DNA of 53,669 nucleotides, the filler included, from Sphacelaria rigidula (lineage: Eukaryota): NCBI GenBank assembly GCA_964200075.2. It is 5 parts of 5 records of this genome, joined end to end, with 100 filler letters (N's around TTAATTAATTAA, not from the genome) between each part and the next. Parts side by side here need not be neighbours in the genome. Positions count along the whole stretch, not along the records: positions 10,756 to 21,409 come from CAXNAA020006136.1; positions 21,510 to 32,163 come from CAXNAA020006137.1; 3 more parts are not named here. The stretch is one strand, 5' to 3'. Of the stretch, positions 13,193-26,190 are shown piece after piece. Under the pieces are notes generated by a model. It had not been told where the DNA came from, did no database searches, and was given only the letters and a program-made list of their open reading frames with translations. A program made the translations under genes and the position numbers. The number at the start of each line of letters is the position of its first letter. Position 1 is the first letter of the stretch.

Positions 13193-14190
13193 GAAAACAA
13201 TATCTTGCTGGCAAATGTTACGCTATTTTCAGGTGCCCTGGGGTGTGCGTATCTAGGGTGCAAATCTGCAAAAAAAAAGGTGATTTGTGCGGTACGCATC
13301 AATTACACGAAAAGCAATTCAAAGTGGATTATTCGCCCAACCCTTTTTTTTTCTGTTTCAAGGATCCACCCCTCCATGAGCTCGGGAAAGATGCAGTCAC
13401 GTCCGGGTGATCTGGAGAAGCGGAACAATCCACATCCAGATTACTTACCGTGAGGATCGGCCCACCTCGACGACATCTTACTCTTTTCGGCGCCCAAGGC
13501 TGTCTATTCCAAGAATCCAACCTGATAGTTCCGCCGATATTTGGAGCATGACATTTGAATGCGTGAGAAGTCCGCTTATGGCCTCTGGACGCTACATAGA
13601 CCTTGTGTCAGGCAGAAAAACAATCCTGCTATGAATATCGCAAGCCAAGCAGCCCATATCCATGAATGGATTGATGTGTTTCGGCCGTCACCGCATGATG
13701 CCAACGGGAACACAGCCCCACCCGGGGCACCTCTCCGCAGCCTACGGAGATTGCTGTGCTGTACGAGCTGGGCCAGCAGTGCATCCCGCATTTGCATGTC
13801 CCACCATAACTCGTCAAGTTTACCAAATCAGCTCGACTTGGGCATTCCGCTGTGGACTGCAGACCACCCCGGTGATGTACGGCACCGCCGCTGATCGATT
13901 GGCGAAGTTTCGGCGATGATGTTCTTGTACTGCACTGGGTACCGGGAACATCTCGTGTCGTGTGTGATGGCGTGTCTGGGACGTTTCGTTTCCCGACATG
14001 AGGTGGGATCACGTAGGGAATTGCGCCATATAGGCACGCGAAGACTCGACATGCGCAGGCGAGAGCACACTGGTACAAGTAGTGCTGCAAGATAACATCG
14101 AGGTCGTCAACAGCTGTATCATGGGAGAGAACCTCCAAGCCGACGGTCATTCACCACCGTAGGCGAGAGAAGTACTACCTCTAAAGGCGC

Positions 14191-14289
14191 TATGCCAGAT
14201 TATGCGTAAAAACAAGACGGTCATCGCGAGATTCGAACTCACGACCTCTGTAGTGAAAGGCGGTTTCACCAGTAGAACCACCGAGGCGA
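14191..14289 (-). mobile_element. tRNA-derived SINE
   Basis: Minus strand reads gcctcggtggttctactggt (A-box-like)...gaggtcgtgagttcgaatctcg (B-box), then a non-tRNA tail. Confidence 0.7.
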
Positions 14290-14639
14290 AGCTGTGCCAC
14301 ACGAAAAGTTGGATGCCGTGCCAAATTAAAAAAAAAATGGCCTAAATTGCATAAGGATCTCCTCCACACAAGGACGCACAACGTTTCTGGGGATACCTCC
14401 GTATGTTGTTTCACGGAGTTTCAGCATGTTTCTAGTTTTTTCAAGGAACTTTAAATCGTTTTAATTTGCTGCTTTTTTTTCTTGGCATGACCAGAAATGT
14501 TGTGCGTAATGATGAAGGTTGTGTCAAAATTTCAACACCCAACTCTTCGAATTACCGACAGCCTCACCAGGATACATTCAAAAATCACCGTCAGCTGGCC
14601 CAGCCCGTAGTCCATGCCGTGCGGTACCGACTTCTATTT

Positions 14640-15611
14640 TTCCCTCCATACCGCCGAGTGCGCGGCACATACCGACAGCTGTCGTATACACAGGCCCTCA
14701 AGAAGACCGGGTGCCCAAGTGCCGAAGTTATCGTCCGGCAACGACGACTGCTGTTCGCGGGAGCCCTGGCTAGACAGCCGGACGGACGAGTACAGAAGCG
14801 AATTGCATTCGGGACACTAGTCGAGGGGGAATTCAAGGATCAGAGTGCCCGGAACAAAACTGGCTGAAGTGCCCGAGAGACGATCTCCACGCTTTCGGAG
14901 CCACAGACGGCGCTACGGGCGACAACCGCCACACACTCGAAATTGACCGCGCCTTATGGACCTCAGCGGCATAAGGAGGGGGGGGGTTGCCGTGGCCCGC
15001 GGGAGTGCTGCAGGGAGCGAAGAGGTTCATAACCTTATGGCGCAGAAATCAAGAGGCCAGCCGACTGCGTGCGATTAGACGGGAGACCAACGAAGCCCAT
15101 AACGCACAGAAATGACGACGGTCCAGAAGGGGGGGGGGGGTGGAGGGTGAACCCCCCCGATGAGGGGTGTCGTTATGTCATGCAGGGTTTGTCTTGATAC
15201 ACCTGGTATGCTTGTACATTGAGCTGTCCCTCGAGAGGCTGAAAAGATGGCACTTTGCGATTCTTAGTTCTTTGGTTGGCGGTATTTGGAACCTTGAGTC
15301 TCGCCCGTAGTCGGACCCTGTGTTCATTTCTACTTGGCGTCGTGCGTCGAGTTGGAAAGCCGGGCGCCACCGCCTCAAGTCCGAATGGCCACCTGCGGCA
15401 CCGGATCTTCTGAGGGCACCCATATATACTCTTTTCTTACCGTGTATCCCTCTTTCGCTTGTATCGCGTTTTGTGAGTTCTAATTTGGGTCTGTTCTGCT
15501 TCTTTATTTTTTGCTAGCCTGTGACTACGGAAGGCGTCCGTATCAGATGCCCAGTACGAATGTACCGCGCAGATATCCGAACGGTTTTTTTTCATGAAGA
15601 CAACGGCAACG

Positions 15612-15652
<41 letters not shown>

Positions 15653-15657
15653 AACAA
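14640..15657 (+). mobile_element. RTE-clade LINE, 5'-truncated, with 3' UTR and (CAA)n tail
   Basis: YRQLSYTQALKKTGCPSAEVIVRQRRLLFAGALARQPDGRVQKRIAFGTL is a typical RTE post-RT C-terminus; ends gaaggcgtccgtatcagatgcccagtacg...(CAA)n. Confidence 0.85.
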
Positions 15658-18600
15658 CCCCTCCTCCTCGGGACGAGTCCGTCGTCTCAAGGGGTCAATC
15701 CGTGTTTCCCCCCGGTACACGCCTCGCATCTTGGTCTCACGGATTAGATCAGCACTTCGGCAACAAAATCGGTCGCATGGGCATGCCGATCATTTCGTGC
15801 GCGAAACGCATTTTCGTCCATATCGATACCTCAAGAGCCGATTCGAGGTCTGCTACCGCGTTCCTCACCCGTGCCACAGTGAGAGAAACACGGGTTTGCG
15901 CTTGGTATCGGCCCGAGGGGCCCAGACCCTCCTGTTTCCACATGAAGGGGTTATCTCTTCTTCAGAATAACCATCACAGGTCCCTGAAGGTGTATCGAGG
16001 TCAGCCTTTCGCCGGTGTCGTACGAGTGTAGTTTGTCATTTTAGAGCTTACTAATCCCACTTCGGAGCCACATCCATGGTAAATGGTCATCGATGTGAGT
16101 GCGAACATCGATATTTTGATCTTTCCTGACGCTGACAATGCGAAGGGCTTTATAGCGTGCGCGGAACGCGATTTTGTCCTAGTCGGCGCCACTGCCACTG
16201 ATTCGAGGTCTGCCTGAGCACACTCTGCCCTCGAGACCTTTTCACCCCGTTGTCCGAGGGTTCTGGATGTGTCTAGGGTTGGGGTTGGGGTTGGCGTTGG
16301 CGCTATTTTAAAAATCCGACGAACATGGAGAAGATGATGCCGAAGTGGAACAAGCGCACCTAACAGAAAGGTTAAACGCAAGACGGAGCGCTGATAGCCT
16401 TCAAGGTACAGGACAGTTCCGGCTTGCAAACTCCATCCTTTCAGTATGTGTAGAAAGTAGGCAAACCTGACCACTGTACAGTAATCAGTGTTATCTTGAA
16501 AAAACGAGCTAAAAAATCAGGTTTGCGTCGCAAAAGAAAAAAAACTGGCACCCGCTGACCCCTGTACCCTAAAGCAGATAAGGACGATATTATACCTCTT
16601 TCTGGCCAAGCCGGTATGCCATGACCGTGAAATCAAGATTCGAACAAAACTCGGGAACACACCCTGCCTCGGTGTCGCAGAAAATGACCGCGTGTTGTGG
16701 GATGGCTTGTACTCAAGTATTCAACGCGCACCTTATCTTACGACTGGCCATGTGCGTTGATTATCCCCATAGTCATCGACATGAAGGAGGCATTGCAGAA
16801 TGAGTCTGTGGAGACAGTGGTACATTACCCGAAGTATTGAGTCCAGAGCCCTTACAAGATTTGCACGCCTGTGATTGTCTCCGACGGTAACGTACCGTCT
16901 CAGTTCAACCTCGACTAATAGCTGTCACCCATCGCTCACACCATGCAAACTACAAAAGTGCAGTAGTAGTGCAATATCTCATGGACTACGTGCTTCCTGT
17001 CCGTAGGTATGGCACATGGACATGCACAACAACAGTACAGTACGAACACAATCACGACGCCATCGTTGGCCTACCCGAAACAAGGTACCTTTGGTAGGTT
17101 TGTGTCATGTTATCACTACACTGGGTGTGCATGTGTGGCTTGTAGAATGGGACCTGAGAATGACGGCACTGCCTGTCCGCAGACGCTACTGTACAACACA
17201 GCAAACCACAACCGTGGAGTGAACGACGGACCTGAGACGGTGCTGTACATGCAGTAGTGCAACATAAGAGGGGGTCTCCAAACCACCCATCGGCTAACAC
17301 GATGAACACAATATCCCATTTACAGTACAGAGTTGAATGTCAAGCCGACAGCTCGCTACACTTGCACCACAGGGAGAACATGCCAACATATATATCCCAA
17401 AAATGTTCCGTACTCTGAGCAGACATTAACACGTCAACTCTTCGGTTTTCCTGACAACCGCAGCCTAAAGTGCTGGACTATATCAGCTGCTCAAGGGAAT
17501 AACCTACAACTGGCTCTGTCGTCTATGAGCAACGTGTCAATGGTTTGCTTCCAACCCGTGGCCTAGAAGATCACTGATTCTGTGCCTGCAGCAACGTCGT
17601 CACACACACCTGAAACACAACAGACGGTAACGGGGGATCCCGACCGCGCGTTTGTCACTGCCTCGCTGCTGCACGGCCAGCGTAGCTCGTGCGCGATGCC
17701 TCGCGCTGGTGGTTATCCTCGGCATTATTCGGTGACGAAGTCTTCGCTGCTGAGCCTGCCGCTACCGACGGTGATGCTGATGCTGATGTCCGGAGCTGCT
17801 CTGAAGTCGGGGAGCAAAATCGGGACTCGGTGACCCCAATTCGCCAGTTAGCGAGTCTTGCCTCTTTGTTGTAGATACGAATCAGAGGGGGGCGGACCAG
17901 CTCTTGTGTTGAACGCTTGAAGCTCTCACACGCAGTCAGTCGTCCACTAGACAGTCTCACGACAGCTGACGTACTATGTGCAGTGGTGCGAGGGTGTGAC
18001 CGCCTTATCTTGTGCTGCTCTGCGGGCGGGTGGCTCCTACTACCTCATCAGCCCCTCCCTGCCAACAAGTATTTGAGTCCACTCTGTCCAATGTGAATGA
18101 TGCTGGGGTACATGTGCGCTTCGTACACCTGTAACGGCTGTTCTGGCGTTCAAATTCGCGGGAACGGCTTTTGAATCTCGCCGCGTGTAACCGTCAGATA
18201 TCGGTCCATCGAGGAAACTTCGGTTCTTTCAAGGGTCAAGCCTCCACAACAGACCACGGTAGGACAAATCATCGCGACTAAGAATCACCAAATCCACGAT
18301 TTCTTCAGCCTGATTGCCCAAAAGGGGGGGGGGGGAAGTCGGCCGCTGGTCCAAGGGATATTCACGCAGCTTTTGCGCCATTCCGCGTGTCTGGGCTGCG
18401 TAAACCTGGGTTGCAACGCTGAAAACAAAGCGTAGGGATTGATTCGTACGAATCAACTCAATATACTAAAACCAAGTACTTTCCAGACGAATCATTATTT
18501 GTCCGACCATTACAACAGACGGCCGTTACGATCGTATATGGTTGCACGGTGTACAAAGATGTTGTGTTGGCGGCAAAGAGGCGAAGCAGAAAGACGCTAC

Positions 18601-19088
18601 GCACTGCTGCTGTCTGCGCAAATACGAAGCGCGCGCGGCGTCCACTACACAGGCATTCAATTTTACTTTTCGCGTACTGAAGAAGAATATACTTTTTGTG
18701 CGGTACATTTTTGCGTCTGTCTGTTTCGCAAGGTATATCCTCGAAATTCCGCCCTACTTCGTTGCTGATGGAGAGCCCCTGTTGCTGTGCACGACTTATG
18801 CTCCCGCATCCGTCACGCTTTACTTCTTCCATAGGTATATTACATGAATGTATCGTGGCTGGGAGCTACATGAATGCAGCAACGCTGTGGTGCCGGTATT
18901 TCTTAAATGATCAGCAAAACAAACGCCTCCAGATTCCGGACCCGGAGGAACTACCAGCCTGGATCTACTCCTGTACTGTTGTAAAGTACTTCGTACAACA
19001 GACGAGACGAGAAGTCATATGTTGAATCGACATCAATTTCACTTGAAAAACCTATGCACGATTGATTTCCTTATACCTGATTATAGGA

Positions 19089-19180
19089 GCTAGCCTGTGA
19101 CCACAGAAGGCGTCCGTATCAGATGCCCAGTACGAATGTACCGCGCAGATATCGGAACGATTTTTCATGTGGAGACAACG

Positions 19181-19218
<38 letters not shown>
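19089..19218 (+). mobile_element. Isolated RTE LINE 3' end with (CAA)n tail
   Basis: Near-identical to 15513-15657. Confidence 0.85.
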
Positions 19219-19219
<1 letters not shown>

Positions 19220-19934
19220 ATCCAGATGGAAAATCCTCGCGGCCAAGGGGTTGTTGAAGTACCAACGAATTACAATAAATTGTAGGGGCAGCAAGTATGA
19301 ACGAGGCACATACACGTGAATTCGAGGGCAGTGATTTGCACCTATCCATCACGTCGTGCGTATATGAGTGGTGACGTGTCCTATGGCGACTCGTACGCCT
19401 GCAGCGTCACTGTAGAGTTTCCCACAGGGTGCTGCCAAATCCTTTGAGTACCGTACAGACTTCACTTTTGCACAGTCGGATCTTTTGTGCGGACGTTGCT
19501 ATCTCCTTGCCTAGCCGGACAACCATGCCAGGCGGTCCTTCCCCGAACCGTCCTGAGAATAGATAGATAGGCCTGAATTAGATTCTGAACCTTAGCAGCA
19601 GCATCAGTATGCGTCAATCGAAACAATAGTCGACTGCTATGTCAGTATGAAGCTAGTGACCCCACGTAGCCACCACTTTTTCCTCTGGTGTGCATGAGAT
19701 CCACGAGACTTCGAAGGTATCATCATCGTGACGTCTACAGCGCGACTGTACAGTCAATGAGTTGAGTTCACCGTGACAGTTCGGAACTTTGAAGCTACGA
19801 TCATCAACGAAAATGAATGCGCTGGAATTTTGGTTGGATTTGCACGAAAAATATCCATCCTAGAACTCATAAGCCCCCTGCTGATTTTGCCTCATTGGAG
19901 AGATCTCAAACTCGAGGTTCCCGGTATATCTTTA

Positions 19935-21405
19935 CAGTGGATTCTCGAAAATGGGGTTGAAAAAAATTGAGGTTCAATTCGGAAGCCGTGCTTTCCCCTA
20001 CCTAAATTCATGGCAGATGACTTTCATTCGGACGACCTCCCTCCCGACCTGCCTAGAACTACTTGGGGAGATTTCTAGCAGTGTTGCATATCGCACCGAG
20101 AATAAAGTTCGATAGATATTTTTAGAATTTCGAATCACAACCGCCGATATCGATATTTTTGTCGATATTCCGAAAATGACACGATACGTATGTCGAATAT
20201 CGGTATTCGATACGATGTTATGGCTGTTTTGGTTTAGTAGCCGAGGTGTACAAGACCGAGCGGTAAACTGGCACTGACACCCCCACTCACTATTATTGTA
20301 GGTCGCTCAAGATACCACATCCCCTAGACAGCTTTCCTCAGCTCACTTACTCCTCACCAGAAGCGATGCCACGGCTGAACTGGGCGGCGTTGCAACCATG
20401 TCGTCGAGAGAAAGGGATCGAGCTTTGAAATTCGCTCCTGAGGATGTGGTATCTCAAGGAACCTACGGTAGTTTCCAGTGGACAGCAGTGGACACAACAA
20501 CATGATGTACAGCAGCGGGTAGTGTGCAAATTGACATCATAGCAGCGGCGGCAAGCGGTGATCAGCTGTCTTGCGAATATCTTTCGTCATCATGCAAGAT
20601 GTATTATAGTTGATCACAGTGGGCTGGGTGTGGTTTTATTGGTTATACTTCATTTCTACAGTCACCACTCATTCCGTGTTTCGATCAAATGATGAGCGCA
20701 TACCTCGACTCTGCTCATTCATTAGAAAAAGAAAAGGTGTCAAAACGAACATGCGCAAACTCAAATGCGAGCTCTTTTTTTGTCAACGTTTTTCACCACC
20801 AATGACAGGAAACGTCGGCAGCCGGCGTTAATTTTTAATTTTTGGATGCCAAAATATATATATTCGTGTGTCACCCACCAAGAGGGAGAAGCCACAAGCT
20901 TGCAACAAGTAAAATCTAAAGAGTAATGGATGGAGGGGAAAATAAATCCAACACTCGTCAAACATGAAGGAAAGGCGAAGCGACAGTACCATCTCCTCAT
21001 ACCCCGAAGCACGGCTGTTTTCTACTGTTATCTGCAGCTTTGCATTATTTACACCCCCGCTGAATCATATCACTAACTGGGATGGGGGGCTCCCAGGGTT
21101 GTCGACTGGGGATCTGCCGTTCCGGAAATACCACCCCCCCTGCGTTTGCTGTGACGACGGTTTCGAGAAATTGAGCTAATGTGACGAAAAATAATTAATA
21201 TATATCAAAATAGCAATATTCGATATTGATATCCGATATTGATAAATATCACATATATCGGTTTTCTACCCTCCGATACCAACACGGCATACTGCCGATA
21301 TTGATCGAAATCATATCGATTGATTATCGATATTCGATGTGCAATACTCATTTCTAGGCTTCCGTTTCCCCAAAGGGTATGTGCGAAAGCACATTTTTGC
21401 CTCGA
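19935..21405 (+). mobile_element. Interspersed repeat (host copy) interrupted by a hAT MITE; uninterrupted copy at 52731-52920
   Basis: cagtggattctcgaaaatggggttg...atttctag / cttccgt...ccccaaagggtatgtgcgaaagcac is contiguous at 52731-52920. Confidence 0.8.
20079..21349. mobile_element. hAT-type non-autonomous element, 1271 bp
   Basis: 8-bp TSD ATTTCTAG (20071-20078, 21350-21357); TIR cagtgttgcatatcg / cgatgtgcaatactc (12/15); subterminal ATATCG/CGATAT repeats. Confidence 0.88.
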
Positions 21406-21744
21406 TTTCNNNNNNNNNNNNNNNNNNNNNNNNNNNNNNNNNNNNNNNNNNNNTTAATTAATTAANNNNNNNNNNNNNNNNNNNNNNNNNNNNNNNNNNN
21501 NNNNNNNNNGCTCACATCTCACATCCCCCTTGAAACAATTTCCAGCTTCTAGGAATTTGAAGCCTTATGACACTTATGCCGGAAGTTGTATCTACACAAT
21601 ATCTAAGACTATATAGTAGTGCCGAGTGTGCATATCATCTGGCGCAGCGGCCGGAGGTATAGGCAGGAAGGCCACTGGACACCGCTATCATACGATCCAT
21701 CTCGTCACTCGTCACATAATAATGCCAACCGCCCGCATTGCGCA

Positions 21745-21943
21745 ACGAGCCGTTCGAAAATTCGAAAAAATAATTTTTTTTTTAGTTTCGTCGAAAAACC
21801 GACTGAAAAACCGACCGAGAAGTGCTCGGTCTCGGTTTCGGTTTTTTTTCGGTTTTTAAAAAAAAAACGACCGAAACCGACCGAATTTTTCCAAAAAAAC
21901 GAAAAACCGACCGAGCCATTTTCAGCTTCGGTTCACAACACTG
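21745..21943. mobile_element. Right end of a hAT-like MITE with AACCG subterminal repeats
   Basis: Repeated aaccga/tcggtt; ends ggttcacaacactg (reverse complement CAGTGTTG, as in the 20079 TIR). Confidence 0.6.
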
Positions 21944-22546
21944 GCGATCGTACAACAACACAGGTCGCACCAGGCGCGCAGTATCCAAGATGACATGCAG
22001 ACGAGGCCCGCAGCGCGCCAAGGCGTCTGGTAGTAGTGTGCTAACCAACGAGCAGTGTGCGAAGACCTCCGGGCCGTGAGTAGAAGAAGACAAGTCAAAG
22101 GCGAACTTCCGGCTGAGGTTGTAGCCAAAATATACCAAGGCGTAGCAGATGTAGGATGTAGAATCTTGGATGATGACCAGGAGACAAAGGCATCCTGTGG
22201 ATGATGACCTTTGCTGTGTAGCCCATGGCTGACGGTACAGGCCGCAGCTGTTTACTCCGAGGTAATAACAATTGAGAAGAAAGGACTTGTTGAGCACGAG
22301 GCCAGTGCTACTGGAGGAGTCCCTCGTGGATAGTCCTCTTGTCCAGATTGTCTGGCAGAGGCTATAATATCTAGATATTCTTCCGGCACTCTGTTAGAGG
22401 AGTTTTGGCTGAGGAGAGATCGGGCAGCAGCATAGAGCCAGTTCAGCCCGCAGACGAAGACAGCTCACAGCGCACAGCGTTTGGCGGAACACACTCCGCT
22501 GGAGGGACGCTCAAGTAAGACAAGACCTATCCGTGATTTTTGAGTC

Positions 22547-22843
22547 ATGGAGAACATGGCTCAAGCGGCAACGATGCCGATGGTTTGGGATAAACCATTA
22601 GAAACGTCAAAGTATGACGAGCGTAAGCAACAGAAACAGCTGCCGACTTCGCGAGCGTTGTTTACTCGCCTATGTTACAATTGTGGAGACCATGGGCATA
22701 TTCTATTAAGTTGCCCTAAGCCTCGTGCTAAAGGCGCTCCGCAAGGCAATGCGCGAGATAGGTCAAGATCTCGAGGCGGTCATTGTGGCGGACAAGGTCG
22801 GAGCAACCAGAGATACGGGTGCAGAGGCACGGGCCAAAAATGA
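22547..22843 (+). pseudogene. Gag remnant with CCHC zinc knuckle
   Basis: CYNCGDHGHILLSC (CX2CX4HX4C) followed by an R/G-rich tract. Confidence 0.85.
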
Positions 22844-23199
22844 AATCAAGCGACGGAGAAATGTAATTCCGCCGCTACTGTATCCTCAAGTGCGTTTTCA
22901 AGTGATGACGCTAGATCTCTAGGTTCATCTGTGTCGGGGCGGCTAAGATACGTAGGAGGAGGTAATACTTCGGTGGGGAGAGCTGGAGCGGAAGGCTCGC
23001 AACCCATAGACCCGGCAGGTTTCGTGTCTGGTGTATCTTCCACTGTTGCGACGAATGCAAAAGCATTTATGTCAAGTGCTGGAGCGCTGCCTTGCATCGA
23101 GTGACTCTAGGTACTAACCAGAGTTTTTCTTCGGCAGGTGTGGTGCCTGTCGACCGCAGCGCAGAATGCTTGCGCGCTGATCTATCTCTACCCGGTTCT

Positions 23200-23560
23200 G
23201 TTGGTTCATTTATGGCTCGCGTTTTTCTCGACTCTGAATCAGCACTCGCATCAATAAGTGTGGGGTTGCTGCAACAGATGTCTTCACAGTTTGTATGCGC
23301 CCAGCTATAGCAACCGTTTGAAAATGGACCGCAAATGGCACAGAGCGCCACGGGTGCGCCCGTGACTATTTCTCATAAAACGGTGCCTATTGCTGTAAGC
23401 GTGCGAACGCCGTGGGGTGCTGTGGAGATGTCGCCAATCACTTTCGCGGTCATGCCTGGCAACGATGACGTGGTGTTGTTTGGCATGGCGACTATGAAGG
23501 AACTCGGGGTGGATTTGTATCCGCTGGCTTTGGAAAAGTTACGCCCGCGTGCTGTGCCGG
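23200..23560 (+). pseudogene. Retroviral-type aspartic protease remnant
   Basis: ARVFLDSES (degenerate D[ST]G), an in-frame stop, then VRTPWG...FAVMPGNDDVVLFGMATMKELGVD. Confidence 0.75.
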
Positions 23561-24066
23561 TGCAGACCGGCGTGAACAACCCTAGTTATCTTTCGGCTAG
23601 GCGGGTGATCGTCCCTGAGTGGTCGTTTCAAAGTGAGAGCAAGAAGGATACAGGTGGAAAGGAAGAGGGAGCTCCTGAGAGTGGAGTCTTACCGTCTATG
23701 AGGGTACAGCCCCAGTCACAGGCGACGGCTGCGAAGGCCCAGCCCCATTGCAACGATCCGGTGAACGCCGGGTGGCTAGCTTCGTGCCTTACAGTTTTGG
23801 CGACGTTTGGGTTACTATACTACAGTTTGCAGTCAAGCTTGGAGAGAGCGGCGCTAGAAATGCCGGAAAATTTCTGCTCCCGACGGGTGAGCGAATCCAA
23901 GGTGGGGGCGCACATTCCCCCCCCCCACGAGGATATGATGCATGGTGGGGATAAGGTGCAGGGTACTCGCCTGGAGGAGGTGATGAAATTCAATTTCCTC
24001 AGCGATGGAACGAGTGGTCAGCTGGAAAATGGTGGATGGACGACGGAGATCCGATCCAAGATAAAA

Positions 24067-24340
24067 TGGTGATCAAAGACGATGTAAGCAACTTCGTGTG
24101 GTTGGAGCCTGCAAAGTCTAGTGTGGAGGCGAAGAAGGTGGAGCAATTTCTGACATGGTTCAAAGCAAAAGCGATGGGATCGCCGGAGGTATGGGTCGAC
24201 GATAGAGGATGGCATGTGAATAATTGTGCGATGAGAGCGTTTAATAAGGCGTTAATGGATCGTAGATTTCGCATGGTCAATTCGCCGTTGTCCCGTCGTA
24301 AATGTAAGCGAATGATGCGTGATATTGCTCATATGATATC
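24067..24340 (+). pseudogene. Integrase core (rve) remnant 1
   Basis: MVIKDDVSNFVWLEPAK...FLTWFK...GSPEVWVDDRGWHVNN. Confidence 0.75.
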
Positions 24341-25379
24341 AGGTCAGGTGCTTAATAAGGATGGTGTGGTGCCCTCGAGAGCTGTGGCTATGCGGGACTG
24401 TATGTTCCCGTTCTACCTCTCGTTTCGCCCAAAAAAGCGACCGACACAGGAGAAATCGTCGATGCGCAAGCTTGTGTGGAGGGTATTTGTCGCATTGGCT
24501 CGGCAGTAAGGATATGGTGTTTGGTGGCATGCTCAGATGCACCATGGGGGTGCTAGATGTGGCTGCTAGGAGCTACCGTACGAGAGGAATTGTTGCTCTA
24601 TGGTGTGCAGAAGGTAGTGGTTCCAGTGCTGCTACTTCGCAGGAGCGGACTGGAAGTATACAAAGCGGGGATCACCTGAGATGAGTGATGTAGTGGTGAG
24701 CTCCGGATTGAATATTGTTGAAAAGCAAGTACTTGTGAGGGTGCTTGTTGAGCAGGAGGACACACAAGGTGACTGGTATTTCCGAATCGTTCCATGACGA
24801 TTAAAGGTTGTTATAGTGTGTTTTTTGGGTCATGTTTGTGTCGCTGTTCGCGCATGAAGCATGACAGTAGAGCGGGTGTGCTCGTGTTGCGTTCGCTGGA
24901 AAATGCCGGTGTACGCGTGGAACTTGGTATGTTTGTGTTGTGCTGCTCTGAATAGCATGCATGATGCGCGGTTTGTGCAACACGAGTTGCATTGCAGGTC
25001 CTGAGTCAAATATTGGCATGCATGTACGAATTTTCGTATGCTGAGTGAGATCTTGGCATGCATGTGTGGAATTTTCGCTCGAATTCTACTGATGTGCATG
25101 GTGTCTGATGATCGTCAGGGTGGGGCAGTCAACGAAATACTGCTGAATGATGAATGAGATTAGGCTCATACTGACTGTAGGAGACGGTGACTGCTGCTGA
25201 TGACGTGACAATGAGCTGAAACTACGAAATGCGTAGGCTCGTTGTCTGTGAGTAGAGAACACACGACTTTTCGTGTTTGAGGATCGAAGAAATTATGCAC
25301 GTATGAAAACTGATCCTTGCCCGTGGCACGTTTTTGGCGATACTGTTCAAGGTATTGCGCCAGGTGAGGTTGTCCAATT

Positions 25380-25690
25380 TGATTTTTGTACGTCGGAAGT
25401 AGCAAACTTGACGGTACTAATTGCCTGATGGTTTGCTGTATGTTTGTTATCCCGGATGATTTGTCGAATTTCATTTGGTTGGAACCAACCGAGGCTTGCA
25501 CTGCCGAGGTTACGGCTAAGTATTCGTTACAATGCTGTAAGACTTTGGGGGTGCGGCGTGTGTGGGTTAGTGATACCGTCACGCACTTCGAGAACCAAGT
25601 ACAAGAATCGCGCAGCAGAGCGACGCGCTGGAGGTGCAACACCCATTTTATGTTGCGTATACCGATTGGTCGAATGGCTCTGAAGCAATG
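25380..25690 (+). pseudogene. Integrase core (rve) remnant 2
   Basis: FVIPDDLSNFIWLEPTEACTAEVTAKYSLQCCKTLGVRRVWVSDTVTHFENQV. Confidence 0.8.
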
Positions 25691-26190
25691 GTCATGTTAT
25701 TTTTTTGGTCGATTGAGATGGGTTCGGTGCTGAAAAAATTACGTAGAAGTCTCTTCGGAAGATTAATATTTCTGCGCCTGAATTTGTTGCATAGGAATTG
25801 CGTAAACTGAGGTTGACTCGGGCGCTGACAAGTGAACTAGCGTCGGAGTATGGCATTTCTTTGTGATTTGGAGCATGCGAATTCGCCTTGGTTTTTTGTT
25901 GGTTGTCAAGCTCGTTCGTTTGTCTCGAACTCGCTTTGGGGGTGTTGTAGCCAAAATATACCAAGGCGTAGCAGATGTAGCATGTAGAATCCTGGATGAT
26001 GACCAGGAGACAAAGGCATCCTGTGGATGATGACCCTTGCTGTGTAGCCCATGGCTGACGGTACAGGCCGCAGCTGTTTACTCCGAGGTAATAACAAGTG
26101 AGAAGCAAGGACTTGTTGAGCACGAGGCAAGTGCTACTGGAGGAGTTCCTCGTGGATAGTCCTCTTGTCCAGATTGTCTGGCAGAGGCTA

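Larger units (their letters stand above)
22117..26190 (+). mobile_element. Non-autonomous Ty3/Gypsy-like LTR retrotransposon; no RT/RNase H seen
   Basis: 248-bp direct repeats 22117-22364 and 25943-26190 with about 8 mismatches; G-rich tract before the TG of the 3' LTR; candidate PBS TGGCGGAAC at 22482; gag, protease and integrase remnants between. Confidence 0.88.

Noticed and set aside
13430-14150. Overlapping ORFs up to 173 aa
   Set aside because: No recognisable motif or consistent splice pattern
14191-14289. Functional tRNA gene
   Set aside because: Has A/B boxes but no complete cloverleaf or acceptor stem; treated as a SINE
16850-18830. Possible decayed Copia gag/protease on the minus strand (TLLIDDRASC)
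   Set aside because: Single weak motif; no LTR pair or other domain identified
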